Below are positions 52,789-62,437 of a stretch of 64,000 nt of DNA, piece by piece. The notes under the pieces were generated by a model. The model was not told where the DNA came from. It searched no databases and was given only the letters and a program-made list of their open reading frames with translations. Origin of the DNA: an uncultured beta proteobacterium. Its GTDB lineage: Bacteria; Pseudomonadota; Gammaproteobacteria; Burkholderiales; SG8-39. The number at the start of each line of letters is the position of its first letter. Position 1 is the first letter of the stretch. The stretch spans positions 28,596 through 92,595 of the forward strand of contig CAVTJG010000019.1 in the NCBI GenBank assembly GCA_963735025.1, in the 5' to 3' direction. Both the position numbers and the translations under genes were made by a program.

Positions 52789-53672
52789 GCCATCTTCCCG
52801 ATTACGCGCCGACGGGCCCGCTCCGGTTTCTCGCATCCGAAGTGCCCGAGCTGGCACCCGAGCAGGCACGCTTTCACGTGCTGCCGGTTCCTTACGAGAA
52901 GACCGTGTCCTACGGTGGCGGCACCGCGAAGGGGCCCGACGCAATCCTCACCGCATCGGGTCAACTCGAGCGCTGGGACGGGCACAGTGACCCGGGCGGC
53001 GACGGCATCTACACCTGGCCGGCCATCGACTGCTCCGGCGCACCGGAGGCTGTCATTGCGAGCATCGCCGCGGCGGTCACGCGGATCCTACGACTCGGCA
53101 AGCTCCCCGTCGTGCTCGGCGGCGAGCACACGGTCACCTGGGGCGTCATCCGCGGATATCTCGACGCGGGTGTGCGTGACTTCGGCGTAGTCCAGATCGA
53201 CGCCCATGCCGACCTGCGAGACCGCTACGAGGGCGACCCGCTGAGCCATGCGTCGGTGATGCGTCGCGTCGTCGAGGCCGGTGTGCCGCTTTTTCAGCTC
53301 GGTAACCGCGCGTATTGCGAGGAGGAGCGCGACGCCCGCGCGATGCACGGCGTGCGCTTTCTCGACGCCGAGGCATTGGTCCCGCGTGGCATCGATTCCA
53401 TCGAGCTGCCTGCCGACTTCCCGCCCAACGTCTTCTTCACGGTCGACATCGACGGCATTGATCCGTCGGTGCTCCCGGCGACCGGCACACCCGTACCGGG
53501 TGGGCTCACCTGGTATCAGACGCTCGGGCTCTTCGAATCCGTCGCGCGCCAGAGGCGCATTATCGGATTCGACGTGATGGAGTTTGCGCCGATTCCGGGA
53601 TTTCACGCGTTCGATTTCGCCGCGGCCCTGCTTGCCTACAAGCTCATGGGCATCGTGCAGCGTACTTCCTAG
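52785..53672 (+). CDS. speB: Agmatinase
   Basis: Ureohydrolase motifs 'GGEH', 'DAHADLR', 'DIDGIDP', 'GTPVPGGL'. Confidence 0.9.
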   Translation: MSHLPDYAPTGPLRFLASEVPELAPEQARFHVLPVPYEKTVSYGGGTAKGPDAILTASGQLERWDGHSDPGGDGIYTWPAIDCSGAPEAVIASIAAAVTRILRLGKLPVVLGGEHTVTWGVIRGYLDAGVRDFGVVQIDAHADLRDRYEGDPLSHASVMRRVVEAGVPLFQLGNRAYCEEERDARAMHGVRFLDAEALVPRGIDSIELPADFPPNVFFTVDIDGIDPSVLPATGTPVPGGLTWYQTLGLFESVARQRRIIGFDVMEFAPIPGFHAFDFAAALLAYKLMGIVQRTS

Positions 53673-53677
53673 GAAAG

Positions 53678-53755
53678 GTCATCCCCGCGTAGGCGGGGAT
53701 CCAGCCGGCGCATAAACGTGCGTAACCTGGATTCCCGCATTCGCGGGAATGACGG
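53678..53755. repeat. Inverted pair of REP/dRS3-like palindromes (REPIN-like)
   Basis: GTCATCCCCGCGTAGGCGGGGATCCAG ... CTGGATTCCCGCATTCGCGGGAATGACGG between convergent speB and phoU. Confidence 0.78.
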
Positions 53756-53789
53756 GCGCTTCCGGTCCGCCTGAAGGCCACTCGGGAAC

Positions 53790-54521
53790 TCACGTGGCCT
53801 TCCCGGCATCCTCCCCGTTCTGCTGCTGGCGCGTCTCCAGGTGGCGGACGTCCTCGCCGCGGACCAGGTAAATGACGTATTCGGCGAGGTTGCGCGCATG
53901 ATCGCCGATCCGCTCCAGGGCCTTCACAAGCAGCACCGTGTTGATCGCATGCCCCACGTTGCGCGCATCCTCGAGAATGAAGGTGGACAGGCGGCGCAGG
54001 CTGGACTGGAATTCCATGTCCAGCTCGGCGTGCCGGCGTAGCAGCCCCTCGGCCACGTTGAGATCGAACGTGTCGTAGAGCGAGACCGCGTCCTGCAACA
54101 TGCCGATCGCGAGCTTGCCCATCGTCTGGACATCGCGCATCAGCTTGCGGCTCGGACGGCGCACCTCGTCGTCGTAGACGGCGACGGTGGTGTGCGCGAT
54201 GCGCACCGCCTCGTCGCCAATGCGTTCGAGATCGGTCACCGCCTTGGAGAAAGCCATCACGACGCGCAGATCGCGCGCGACCGGCCCGCGGCGGCCCACC
54301 ACCCACCAGACGTTGTCGTCGAGCTTGAGCTCGAGCGCGTCGACCTGCGTTTCGCGCGCGAGGACGCGCCTTGTCGCATCGAGGTCGCCTGTCTTGAGCG
54401 CATCGAGTGCCAGGCGACATTGATCCAGCACGAGCCCGCCCATTTCCAGAACGAGCAGATGCAGGCTGTTCAGCTCGCCGTCATACCGGCGGACAGTGTG
54501 CCCTTCCAGGATCTCGGACAA
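53790..54521 (-). CDS. phoU: Phosphate signaling complex protein PhoU (TTG start after AGGAG)
   Basis: 'P.ARDLR', 'TDLERIGD', 'ERIGDHARN.AE.VIYLV.G.DVRH'. Confidence 0.93.
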   Translation of the reverse strand: MSEILEGHTVRRYDGELNSLHLLVLEMGGLVLDQCRLALDALKTGDLDATRRVLARETQVDALELKLDDNVWWVVGRRGPVARDLRVVMAFSKAVTDLERIGDEAVRIAHTTVAVYDDEVRRPSRKLMRDVQTMGKLAIGMLQDAVSLYDTFDLNVAEGLLRRHAELDMEFQSSLRRLSTFILEDARNVGHAINTVLLVKALERIGDHARNLAEYVIYLVRGEDVRHLETRQQQNGEDAGKAT

Positions 54522-54575
54522 TCTACCGCACTCCTGTCGAGGGGGACTCCGAGACGCGCATCTCAAGTCGCGCGG

Positions 54576-55466
54576 CTAGCCGAAGCGCCCGGTGATGTAG
54601 TCCTCGGTCAACTGATGCCGCGGACGGGTGAAGATCTGCTTGGTCTCCCCTACCTCGATCAGATCGCCGAGGTGGAAGTACGCCGTACGCTGGGACACGC
54701 GCGCCGCCTGCTGCATCGAGTGGGTCACGATGCAGATGGAATAGTGCTGCCGCAGTTCGTCGATCAGCTCCTCGATTCTGGCGGTCGAGATCGGATCGAG
54801 GGCCGAGCAGGGCTCGTCCATCAATATGACTTCGGGCGCCACCGCGATCGAGCGGGCGATGCAGAGCCGTTGCTGCTGGCCGCCCGAAAGTCCCGTGCCC
54901 GGCTCCGCCAGCCGGTCCTTCACCTCGTCCCACAGCCCGGCACGCTTCAGGCTGGTATGCACGATCTCCTCGAGCTCCGCCTTGGTCTGCGCGAGCCCGT
55001 GGATGCGCGGGCCGAAGGCGACGTTCTCCCAGATCGACTTCGGAAACGGGTTCGGCTTCTGGAACACCATGCTCACCCGGGCACGCAGCGGCACCACGTC
55101 CACGCCGCGTCCGTTGATGTCGTCGTCGTCCATCATGATCTCGCCGGTCACGCGGCAGCCCGGAATCGTGTCGTTCATGCGGTTCAGACACCGCAGGAAG
55201 GTCGTCTTCCCGCAGCCCGACGGCCCGATCATCGCGAGCACCTCGTTCTGGCCCACGTCCACGTTGATATCCTTGATCGCCCGCTTCTCGGCGTAGTACA
55301 CGTTGATATCCGTACATCGCATGCGGGGCGACATGACGCGCGTCTCCCCCACAGTCCCGCGGTCCTCGCGCGCTACCTTCGCTGCGTGCGGAATGTGTAC
55401 CGCGTCCTTGACGTGCGTGTCGGCAAGTGCGGCCGCGTCGGCCATAGTTGTGCTCGAAGCTCTCAT
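54576..55466 (-). CDS. pstB: Phosphate ABC transporter ATP-binding protein
   Basis: 'GPSGCGKTT', 'LNRMND', 'FQKPNPFP', 'LSGGQQQR', 'YITGRFG'. Confidence 0.96.
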   Translation of the reverse strand: MRASSTTMADAAALADTHVKDAVHIPHAAKVAREDRGTVGETRVMSPRMRCTDINVYYAEKRAIKDINVDVGQNEVLAMIGPSGCGKTTFLRCLNRMNDTIPGCRVTGEIMMDDDDINGRGVDVVPLRARVSMVFQKPNPFPKSIWENVAFGPRIHGLAQTKAELEEIVHTSLKRAGLWDEVKDRLAEPGTGLSGGQQQRLCIARSIAVAPEVILMDEPCSALDPISTARIEELIDELRQHYSICIVTHSMQQAARVSQRTAYFHLGDLIEVGETKQIFTRPRHQLTEDYITGRFG

Positions 55467-55502
55467 CTGGCTCTTCCTCGTAACAATCCAATACTCTCTC
55501 GG

Positions 55503-56822
55503 CTACCAGCGGCGCTCGAAGCGCCGGCGCAGCATCACTGCGATCGCGTTCATCACCATCAGGAACGCGAGGAGAACGATGATCGCCGCGGAGGTGCGCT
55601 CCACGAACGCCCGCTCCGGGCTGTCCGCCCACAGGTAGATCTGGACCGGGAGCGCAGTTGCCGGGTCGAAGATGCCCTGCGGAATGTCGGCGATGAAAGC
55701 CACCATCCCGATCATGAGCAGCGGCGCAGTCTCGCCGAGTGCCTGGGCCATTCCGATGATGGTGCCTGTCAGCATCCCCGGCAAAGCGAGCGGGACGACG
55801 TGGTACATCATCGACTGCATCGGCGATGCGCCGATGCCGAGCGCCCCTTCGCGGATGGAGGGCGGCACCGACTTCAGGGCGGCGCGGCTTGCGATGATGA
55901 TCGTCGGCAACGTCATGAGCGTGAGCACCAGGCCGCCGACCAGCGGCGCGGAGCGCGGCAGCCCGAAGAAATTGATGAACATCGCGAGCCCGAGCAGACC
56001 GAAGACGATCGACGGCACTGCGGCGAGGTTGTTGATGTTGACCTCGATGAGGTCGGTCCAGCGGTTGCGCGGCGCGAACTCCTCCAGGTAGACCGCCGCT
56101 GCCACACCCAGCGGGAACGAGAGCGTCAGCGTGACGAGCAGCGTATAAAACGATCCGACCGCGGCGCCCCAGATGCCGGCGAGCTCGGCATCGCGCGAAT
56201 CGCCGCGCGTGAAAAAATCGAAGTTGAAGCGCTGCTCCAGGCGCCCCTCGGCGGCGAGCTTGTCGATCCAGCGCAGCTGTTCGTCGCTCACCCGGCGCTC
56301 CACTGCCGTGCCGGACCGGTCGATGTGTCCCTTCATCAGCATGTCGACATCGTCGTCCGCCGAGACCCAGAGCGACACTGTCTTGCCGACGAGATCCGGG
56401 TTCGCGAGTATCTTGTCGCGCAAGTCGAATGCCGCGCCGTTGCTCACCAGACCGTACAGCGCGAGCCGATCGCGGCGGCCGGAGACGTCGGGAAACATCT
56501 TGCGCAAGTCCGCCCTGATCAGGGCGAGGTAGTCGGCCTTGCGCAGGACGTCGAGGGAACGCGTGCCCTGCGGATCGATCTCGGCCGCATCCAGCTTCAC
56601 GTCGAGACGGATCTGGGTCTGCCAGAATGCCGTGTAGCCGTTGGCGAAGATGCTCGCAAAAAGGACGACCAGGAATGCGAGCCCGAATCCGATCGCGAGC
56701 TTGCCGTAAAGTCGGAAGCGCCACTCGGCCGCCCGGCGCCGCTTCATGCCGGCCATCACGATCTCGTAGGTGCGCCGCGGCGGCGGGACGATTCCGGTCG
56801 CAGGCTGGGCGATGCTACTCAT
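55503..56822 (-). CDS. pstA: Phosphate ABC transporter permease PstA
   Basis: 'NLAAVPSIVFGLLG', 'ALGETAPL'. Confidence 0.95.
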   Translation of the reverse strand: MSSIAQPATGIVPPPRRTYEIVMAGMKRRRAAEWRFRLYGKLAIGFGLAFLVVLFASIFANGYTAFWQTQIRLDVKLDAAEIDPQGTRSLDVLRKADYLALIRADLRKMFPDVSGRRDRLALYGLVSNGAAFDLRDKILANPDLVGKTVSLWVSADDDVDMLMKGHIDRSGTAVERRVSDEQLRWIDKLAAEGRLEQRFNFDFFTRGDSRDAELAGIWGAAVGSFYTLLVTLTLSFPLGVAAAVYLEEFAPRNRWTDLIEVNINNLAAVPSIVFGLLGLAMFINFFGLPRSAPLVGGLVLTLMTLPTIIIASRAALKSVPPSIREGALGIGASPMQSMMYHVVPLALPGMLTGTIIGMAQALGETAPLLMIGMVAFIADIPQGIFDPATALPVQIYLWADSPERAFVERTSAAIIVLLAFLMVMNAIAVMLRRRFERRW

Positions 56823-58200
56823 ATTGTTCCCGGTACTTGCGGACGATGTAGAGCGCAATCACGTTCAGGGCAAGCGTCACCAGGAAGAGCACCAACCCCA
56901 GCGCAAAAGCCGCCAGCGTCTTCGGGCTGTCGAACTCCTGGTCGCCGATCAGGAGGGTGACGATCTGCACCGTCACCGTCGTGACCGCCTGAAAGGGATT
57001 GGCAGTGAGGTTCGCCGCGAGCCCGGCCGCCATGACGACGATCATGGTCTCGCCGATCGCCCGCGACACCGCAAGCAGGACGGCCCCAACGATGCCCGGC
57101 AGCGCCGCCGGAAAGATCACCTTGCGGATCGTCTCCGAATGCGTCGCGCCCATGCCGTATGCGCCGTCGCGCATCGCCTGCGGCACGGCGTTCATCACGT
57201 CGTCCGAGAGCGATGAGACGAAGGGAATGATCATGATTCCCATCACGAGACCCGCCGCGAGCGCGCTCTCCGATGCGATGTTGAGGCCGAACATGCCTCC
57301 GCTGTCGCGGATGAAGGGCGCGACGATCAAGGCGGCGAAGAAGCCGTAGACCACCGTCGGGATCCCCGCGAGAACCTCGAGGAGCGGCTTGGCAATCGCG
57401 CGCACCTGCCGCGTCGCGTACTCGGAAAGGTAGATCGCCGACATCAGGCCGACCGGCACCGCGACCGCCATCGCGATCAGCGTGATCATGAAAGTCCCGG
57501 CGAAGATCGGCACGGCGCCGAATGCGCCCGACGAACCGACCTGGTCCGCGCGCAGCGCGATCTGCGGACTCCAGTCGAGCCCGAAGAGGAACTCCGTGAT
57601 CGGTACCGCCCGGAAAAACCGGATCGACTCGAACAGCACCGACAGCACGATACCCACCGTGGTCAGGATGGCGATCGTCGAGCAGGCGATCAGCAGGCCG
57701 AGGATGATCCTCTCCACGGCATTGCGCGCCCGCTGCTTCGGCTTGATCCGGGTAAGCGTGAAGGCGGCGGCACCGATCGCGAGGCATAGGGCCACCACGA
57801 ACATCGCTGCATGGCTGATGGAGAGCAGGCTTCGATAGCGCTCGGCTGCAGCCTGGATCGCGGGGCTCGGATCGCTCGATACGATGTTGCCTAGTACGAG
57901 GTTCTTGATGTCGTTGACAACGAGATTGAGCCGATCGGGCCCGATATTGCGAATCTCATCCGGGAGGCCGGACACGATCACGTTGGTAATGATCGAGTGC
58001 TCCAGCGCCACCCAGACCGCGAGCAGCAGCAGCGCCGGCAACCCACACCAGATCGCGGTGTACAGCCCGTAGTAAGTCGGCAGGGAGTGAAGATTGCGCA
58101 GCCGACCCTGCGCTACGGTGAACGCCCGCTTGCGGCCGGCGTAGTACGCGGCCGAGCTCAAGGCCAGCAGCACTACTAGCAGGAGGCCGGACGCGTGCAT
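56815..58200 (-). CDS. pstC: Phosphate ABC transporter permease PstC
   Basis: 'LAGIPTVVYGFF', 'SRAIGETMIV'. Confidence 0.95.
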   Translation of the reverse strand: MHASGLLLVVLLALSSAAYYAGRKRAFTVAQGRLRNLHSLPTYYGLYTAIWCGLPALLLLAVWVALEHSIITNVIVSGLPDEIRNIGPDRLNLVVNDIKNLVLGNIVSSDPSPAIQAAAERYRSLLSISHAAMFVVALCLAIGAAAFTLTRIKPKQRARNAVERIILGLLIACSTIAILTTVGIVLSVLFESIRFFRAVPITEFLFGLDWSPQIALRADQVGSSGAFGAVPIFAGTFMITLIAMAVAVPVGLMSAIYLSEYATRQVRAIAKPLLEVLAGIPTVVYGFFAALIVAPFIRDSGGMFGLNIASESALAAGLVMGIMIIPFVSSLSDDVMNAVPQAMRDGAYGMGATHSETIRKVIFPAALPGIVGAVLLAVSRAIGETMIVVMAAGLAANLTANPFQAVTTVTVQIVTLLIGDQEFDSPKTLAAFALGLVLFLVTLALNVIALYIVRKYREQYE

Positions 58201-58243
58201 CGAGAATGCGTTTCGAGTGGTCGTTTCTTCGCGCGAGAAACGA

Positions 58244-58270
58244 ACGGCGGCCGGGTGAACCGGCCGCCGT
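58244..58270 (-). terminator. Strong hairpin between pstS and pstC
   Basis: 11-bp stem ACGGCGGCCGG/CCGGCCGCCGT; second hairpin at about 58222-58242. Confidence 0.6.
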
Positions 58271-58282
58271 CACGCTTCTCGT

Positions 58283-59332
58283 CTACTTGACCATCATTGG
58301 CGTCAGGTCCATCGCGGTCGCGGTGACCTGCTTGCGCTCCTCGGCCGGCATCGGGATCAGGCCGCGCTCGCTGAGGTAGCCTTCGTCGCCAATCGCCTTG
58401 GTGCCCGTGAATTCGACGATGTATTCCTTCAGACCCGGAATCACGTTGACGTGCGCCTTCTTCACGTAGAAGAACAGCGGGCGGGAGACGGGGTACTTGC
58501 CGCTCGCGATCGACTCGAACTCCGGCTTCACGCCTTCGATCGCGACGCCCTGCAGCTTGTCGCGGTTCTGGTCGAGGTAGCTATAGCCGAAGATGCCGAA
58601 CGCGTTGGGATTGGCCGCGAGCTTCTGCACGATCAGGTTATCGTTCTCGCCGGCCTCGATATACCCCCCGTCCTCACGGAGCGTCGCGCATACCGCCTTG
58701 TGCTTCTTGGCATCGCTCTTCTTGAGTGCCTTCACCACGGGAAACTCGTCGCAGCCCTCGTCCATCACCAGCTCGACGAATGCGTCGCGCGTGCCGGAGG
58801 TCGGCGGCGGACCGAGAACCTCGATCTTGACGCTGGGCAGGCTCGGATTGATCTGGTTCCAGGTCTTGTACGGATTGGCCACCAGCTTGTCGGGATTGCT
58901 CGGATCGGGCACTTCCTTTGCCAGCGCCTGCCAGATTTCCTTGCGGGTCAAGCTGACTGGCTTGGCCGCCTTTGAATTTGCGAGACTCAGACCGTCATAG
59001 CCGATCTTGATCTCGACCACTTCCTTGACGCCGTTCTTCGCGCACGTCTCGAGTTCGGAGGTCTTGATGGCACGCGAGGCATTCGTGATGTCGGGGTGCT
59101 GGACGCCGACGCCCTGGCAAAAGAGCTTGATGCCGCCGCCCGAGCCGGTCGACTCGATCTTCGGCGTCTTGTACTTCGTTGATTTTCCGAACTGCTCGGC
59201 CACGACCGTCGCGAAGGGGTACACGGTCGAGGAGCCGACGATGCTGATGTAGTCGCGCGAGGATTGCGCATGGACGGTGCCGACGAAGGCGGCCGCGAGC
59301 GCTCCTGCTGCTACAAGTGTCGCTTTGTTCAT
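58283..59332 (-). CDS. pstS: Phosphate ABC transporter substrate-binding protein
   Basis: Signal peptide; 'GSSTVYPF', 'STGSGGG.KLFC', 'PPPTSGTRD', 'YP.SRPLFFY'. Confidence 0.93.
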   Translation of the reverse strand: MNKATLVAAGALAAAFVGTVHAQSSRDYISIVGSSTVYPFATVVAEQFGKSTKYKTPKIESTGSGGGIKLFCQGVGVQHPDITNASRAIKTSELETCAKNGVKEVVEIKIGYDGLSLANSKAAKPVSLTRKEIWQALAKEVPDPSNPDKLVANPYKTWNQINPSLPSVKIEVLGPPPTSGTRDAFVELVMDEGCDEFPVVKALKKSDAKKHKAVCATLREDGGYIEAGENDNLIVQKLAANPNAFGIFGYSYLDQNRDKLQGVAIEGVKPEFESIASGKYPVSRPLFFYVKKAHVNVIPGLKEYIVEFTGTKAIGDEGYLSERGLIPMPAEERKQVTATAMDLTPMMVK

Positions 59333-59464
59333 TGGGTGCTCCTGTAGGTTGCAATCGTTGACTGTGCCCTGCACGTCCGGCTTCCGGAACGCTGGGCGGA
59401 TCCGGAATCGGCCCACGCTGGACGCATAACCCCGGTGCAACGCCGATGGAATGTACAGACGCAT

Positions 59465-59483
59465 TGCTACGGTTCCGTGACAG
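59465..59483 (-). promoter_or_regulatory. Pho box upstream of pstS
   Basis: CTGTCAC-GGAA-CCGTAGC, two heptads with 11-bp period resembling CTGTCAT repeats. Confidence 0.7.
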
Positions 59484-59670
59484 AACCATGACCCTCTCGT
59501 TGTGGCAGACGGGTCGCGTCGGGACGGCCACCGCGCGGATGGCGTACCGTGGGTCAAGACAACTCGGGGAATACAGGGCGCAGGGCGCGCTTGGAGTTTA
59601 ATGTTTTATTATTAATTACTTATGGTATTATGCTACCAAATCACTTTAAGTATTGCGTAGCGCGATTTCG

Positions 59671-60610
59671 TCAGTAGCCACGCGTCCGGTCGACCAATCC
59701 CAACAACGGCTCCCCCGAGGCCAGCCGCCGCAGATTCTCGGCAACAAACTCGGCCGCAGTCTGCGGATTGGTAAGCGCCGCGACGTGCGGCGTCACGGTC
59801 ACTCGTGCGTGGCTCCAGAAACCGTGCCCCGGAGGGAGCGGCTCGACGTTGAACACGTCGAGCACTGCGTGACGCAGGCGGCCGCTGTCGAGCGCCGATC
59901 AGCAGATCATCGTCGCGCACCAGTCCGCCGCGCGCCAGGTTGATCAGTACGGCGCCATCCGGAAGCCGCGCAAGAAAGGACGCGTCGATGATCCCGGCGG
60001 TTTGCGGCGTCAACGGAATGAGCACGACGAGAATCTCGCAACCTGCAAGAAACCCGGGCAGCGCACCATCCCCGGCAAACGACTCGACCCCCTCGACCTC
60101 CCTTGGCGTCCGGCTCCATCCGCGAACCCGGAATCCGAGCTGCATCAGCGTTCCGGCAACGGCCCGTCCGAGTTCTCCCATGCCCAGTATTCCCACCGTC
60201 CGCTGGTCGGTCGTCGGGCTGCGTAAGAGCTTCCAGCGCGATTCGCGCTGCTGCCGCGCGAGATCGTCCAGGCGCAGGTGCGCGTTGAGCACGTGCGCTG
60301 CGGCCGACTCGACCATTGCACGCGTCATCGATGGGTCAATCATCCGCGCGAGCGGCACATCGCGGGGCAGCGTCGGATCGACGGCGAGCGTCTCGACCCC
60401 CATCCAGATCGACTGGATCAGCTTGAGCCGCGTATACGGTGCGAGTGCCCCGGGTGGCGGCGCAGCGGTGAGCACCACGTCGACCTCCTCCGGAGGTATG
60501 GCGCCGGCCTCGAAGTAAAGCGCGTCTTCGGGCAAGGCTGCGCGCAGCGGCTTCGCCCAGCGCTCGGCGGACTCAGCAACCGAGATAAAAGCGACCCGAA
60601 ACCGGGTCAT
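59671..60610 (-). CDS. ghrA: Glyoxylate/hydroxypyruvate reductase A-like D-2-hydroxyacid dehydrogenase; apparent 1-nt insertion near 59900
   Basis: 'GILGMGELG', 'GWSR', 'PLTP.T', 'INLARG', then 'LDVF..EPLP...TPHVAA' in the other frame. Confidence 0.85.
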
Positions 60611-60632
60611 CGCGGCAAGACCCGATAGTCTT

Positions 60633-61425
60633 TCAAAACGAGTGCTCCGGTGCCGGAAACTGCTGCTGCTTCACTGCCTGGACGTAGGATTCGACTGCGG
60701 CGCGGATGCTCGGCGCGCCCTCCATGAAGTTGCGCACGAAGCGCGCCTTGCGGCCCGGGTAGATGTCGAGCATGTCCTGCAGCACCAGGACCTGGCCTGC
60801 GCAATCGACGCCGGCGCCGATGCCGATCGTGGGAATCTTCAGCGTTCGCGTCACCTCGGTGGCGAGCGCCGCTGGAATGGCTTCGAGCACGATCAGCGCC
60901 GCGCCCGCCTCCTCGACGGCCTTTGCGTCTTCGAGAACGTTTTGCGCCGCCCCTTCGGTTTTTCCCTGGACACGGTAACCGCCCAGCTGGTGCACCGACT
61001 GCGGTGTCAGGCCCACATGCCCGCACACCGGAATGCCGCGCTCGACCAGAAACCGAATCGTGTCGAGCATCATGCGACCGCCTTCGAGCTTGACCATCTG
61101 CGCGCCTGCCGACATCAAGGGGACGGCATTCCGGAACGCCTGCTCGGGCGACTCCTGATACGTGCCGAAAGGCATGTCCGCAATGATTAGCGCCTTGTTT
61201 CGAACCACGCGCAACACAGCCCGTGTGGTAGATCATCTCGTCGAGCGTCACCGGAAGCGTACTGTCGTGGCCCTGCATGACCATGCCCAGCGAGTCGCCG
61301 ACCAGCAGCATCTCCACGCCCGCCGCCTCACAAAGCGCAGCGAAGCTCGAATCGTAAGCGGTCAGCATGACGATCTTCTCGCCACGCGCCTGCATCTTCC
61401 TGAAGTCTTCGATCGACAATCGCAT
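60633..61425 (-). CDS. panB: 3-methyl-2-oxobutanoate hydroxymethyltransferase; apparent 1-nt insertion near 61199
   Basis: 'MLTAYD', 'LVGDSLGM', then 'ADMPFG.Y', 'VKLEGG', 'HVGLTPQSV', 'IGIGAG' in the next frame. Confidence 0.92.
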
Positions 61426-61608
61426 AGCTACTCGCTTTCCGGGAATTGGCGTGCTCCTGCCCTGCATCGCTCGAGATAAGCCGCTAAACCGGGCGGTGCG
61501 ACCCCACAATGGGCACCGTCGGCGATCCTTGCGTCGAGTGCGGATTTAAGCGAGATACGAGCACGTACGAGCACCCCTATGATAGCGGTCGTTGCGCACC
61601 GCAGCACG

Positions 61609-61638
61609 TTGACCCAGGGGGCCTCGGGGCCGTAAAAT
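61609..61638 (+). promoter_or_regulatory. Sigma70 promoter of tRNA-Asn
   Basis: TTGACC-N18-TAAAAT followed by GC-rich discriminator. Confidence 0.6.
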
Positions 61639-61649
61639 CCCGCTCCTGT

Positions 61650-61725
61650 TCCCCGATAGCTCAGTTGGTAGAGCGACGGACTGTTAATCCGCAGGTCGTA
61701 GGTTCGAGCCCTACTCGGGGAGCCA
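61650..61725 (+). tRNA. tRNA-Asn (GTT)
   Basis: TCCCCGATAGCTCAGTTGGTAGAGCGACGGACTGTTAATCCG...GGTTCGAGCCC...GAGCCA, 76 nt. Confidence 0.97.
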
Positions 61726-61740
61726 AATAATCAAAGGCTT

Positions 61741-61766
61741 ATAGCGGTATTATGCCGCTATTTTTT
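61741..61766 (+). terminator. Intrinsic terminator after tRNA-Asn
   Basis: ATAGCGGTA/TGCCGCTAT stem followed by T-run. Confidence 0.65.
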
Positions 61767-61819
61767 CTCGTGCGCGCGTTGTGTGCGTTTTGCTTCCACA
61801 CTCACGCGCCGTGTGCGCT

Positions 61820-62026
61820 TCAAGCCAACAAAGCGGGTGCATGCGGGCTTTTTTGCTTCTCGTCGGCCCCTGCCTCCCGTTCCCACCAGCCGCACGGGAA
61901 CGCGACCACGAGCCGGTGCCGCTCGCACCATAAGTGGACGCCGTCCGGCTGCCCGATTGAGTAGCGGCAGGTACGGCAGTCCCGCTCCTGAGCCTCGCGC
62001 CACGGGTTGAAGTAGGCTTCGGGCAT
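61820..62026 (-). CDS. Small Cys-rich hypothetical protein
   Basis: 68 aa: CxxC...C...C..WEREAGADE; protein-like composition. Confidence 0.55.
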   Translation of the reverse strand: MPEAYFNPWREAQERDCRTCRYSIGQPDGVHLWCERHRLVVAFPCGWWEREAGADEKQKSPHAPALLA

Positions 62027-62291
62027 GAAGCTAGGCTATGTCCGCCAGTGGCTCGCTGCGTGCGGTTCTGGATACGGCACGTCGTGAAGAACTCAAACCG
62101 CCCAGTTGCAGACCTTCGCACCCGCCAGCCAATTGGCCCGGAAGCGGCAGTCCACGCACGCACACCGACGTAGCGGGGACGGTGGAGGCACACGGCGGCA
62201 CCAGCGCGGCGAGGCGGTCTACAGCTATCGCTGACCGACTCCGCTGCCCGCTCGACGAAGAGTCGAGGCGGTGGCATCGCCCGCTGAGACG

Positions 62292-62402
62292 TGGGACCAT
62301 GAAGCGGTGCTCGAGGCGATGCAACTGCGACTGGATCGGCAGCCAGAGATGATGAGAGTGCGCCAACAAACGGTCGAGCACCCGTTCGGGACGATCAAGT
62401 CA
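62292..62402 (+). mobile_element. IS1182-family transposase remnant
   Basis: Translates to 'WDHEAVLEAMQLRLDRQPEMMRVRQQTVEHPFGTIKS', the typical R..TVEHPFGTIK C-terminal motif; no start and truncated. Confidence 0.8.
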
Positions 62403-62437
62403 CTCCGCCCTTGAGGTATCCGTGGAGGGTCAAGGCC

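Noticed and set aside
54192..56960. 922-aa plus-strand and 733-aa alternate-frame ORFs over pstA/pstB/phoU
   Set aside because: Fully overlap well-supported genes; Arg/Ala-rich composition typical of non-coding frames.
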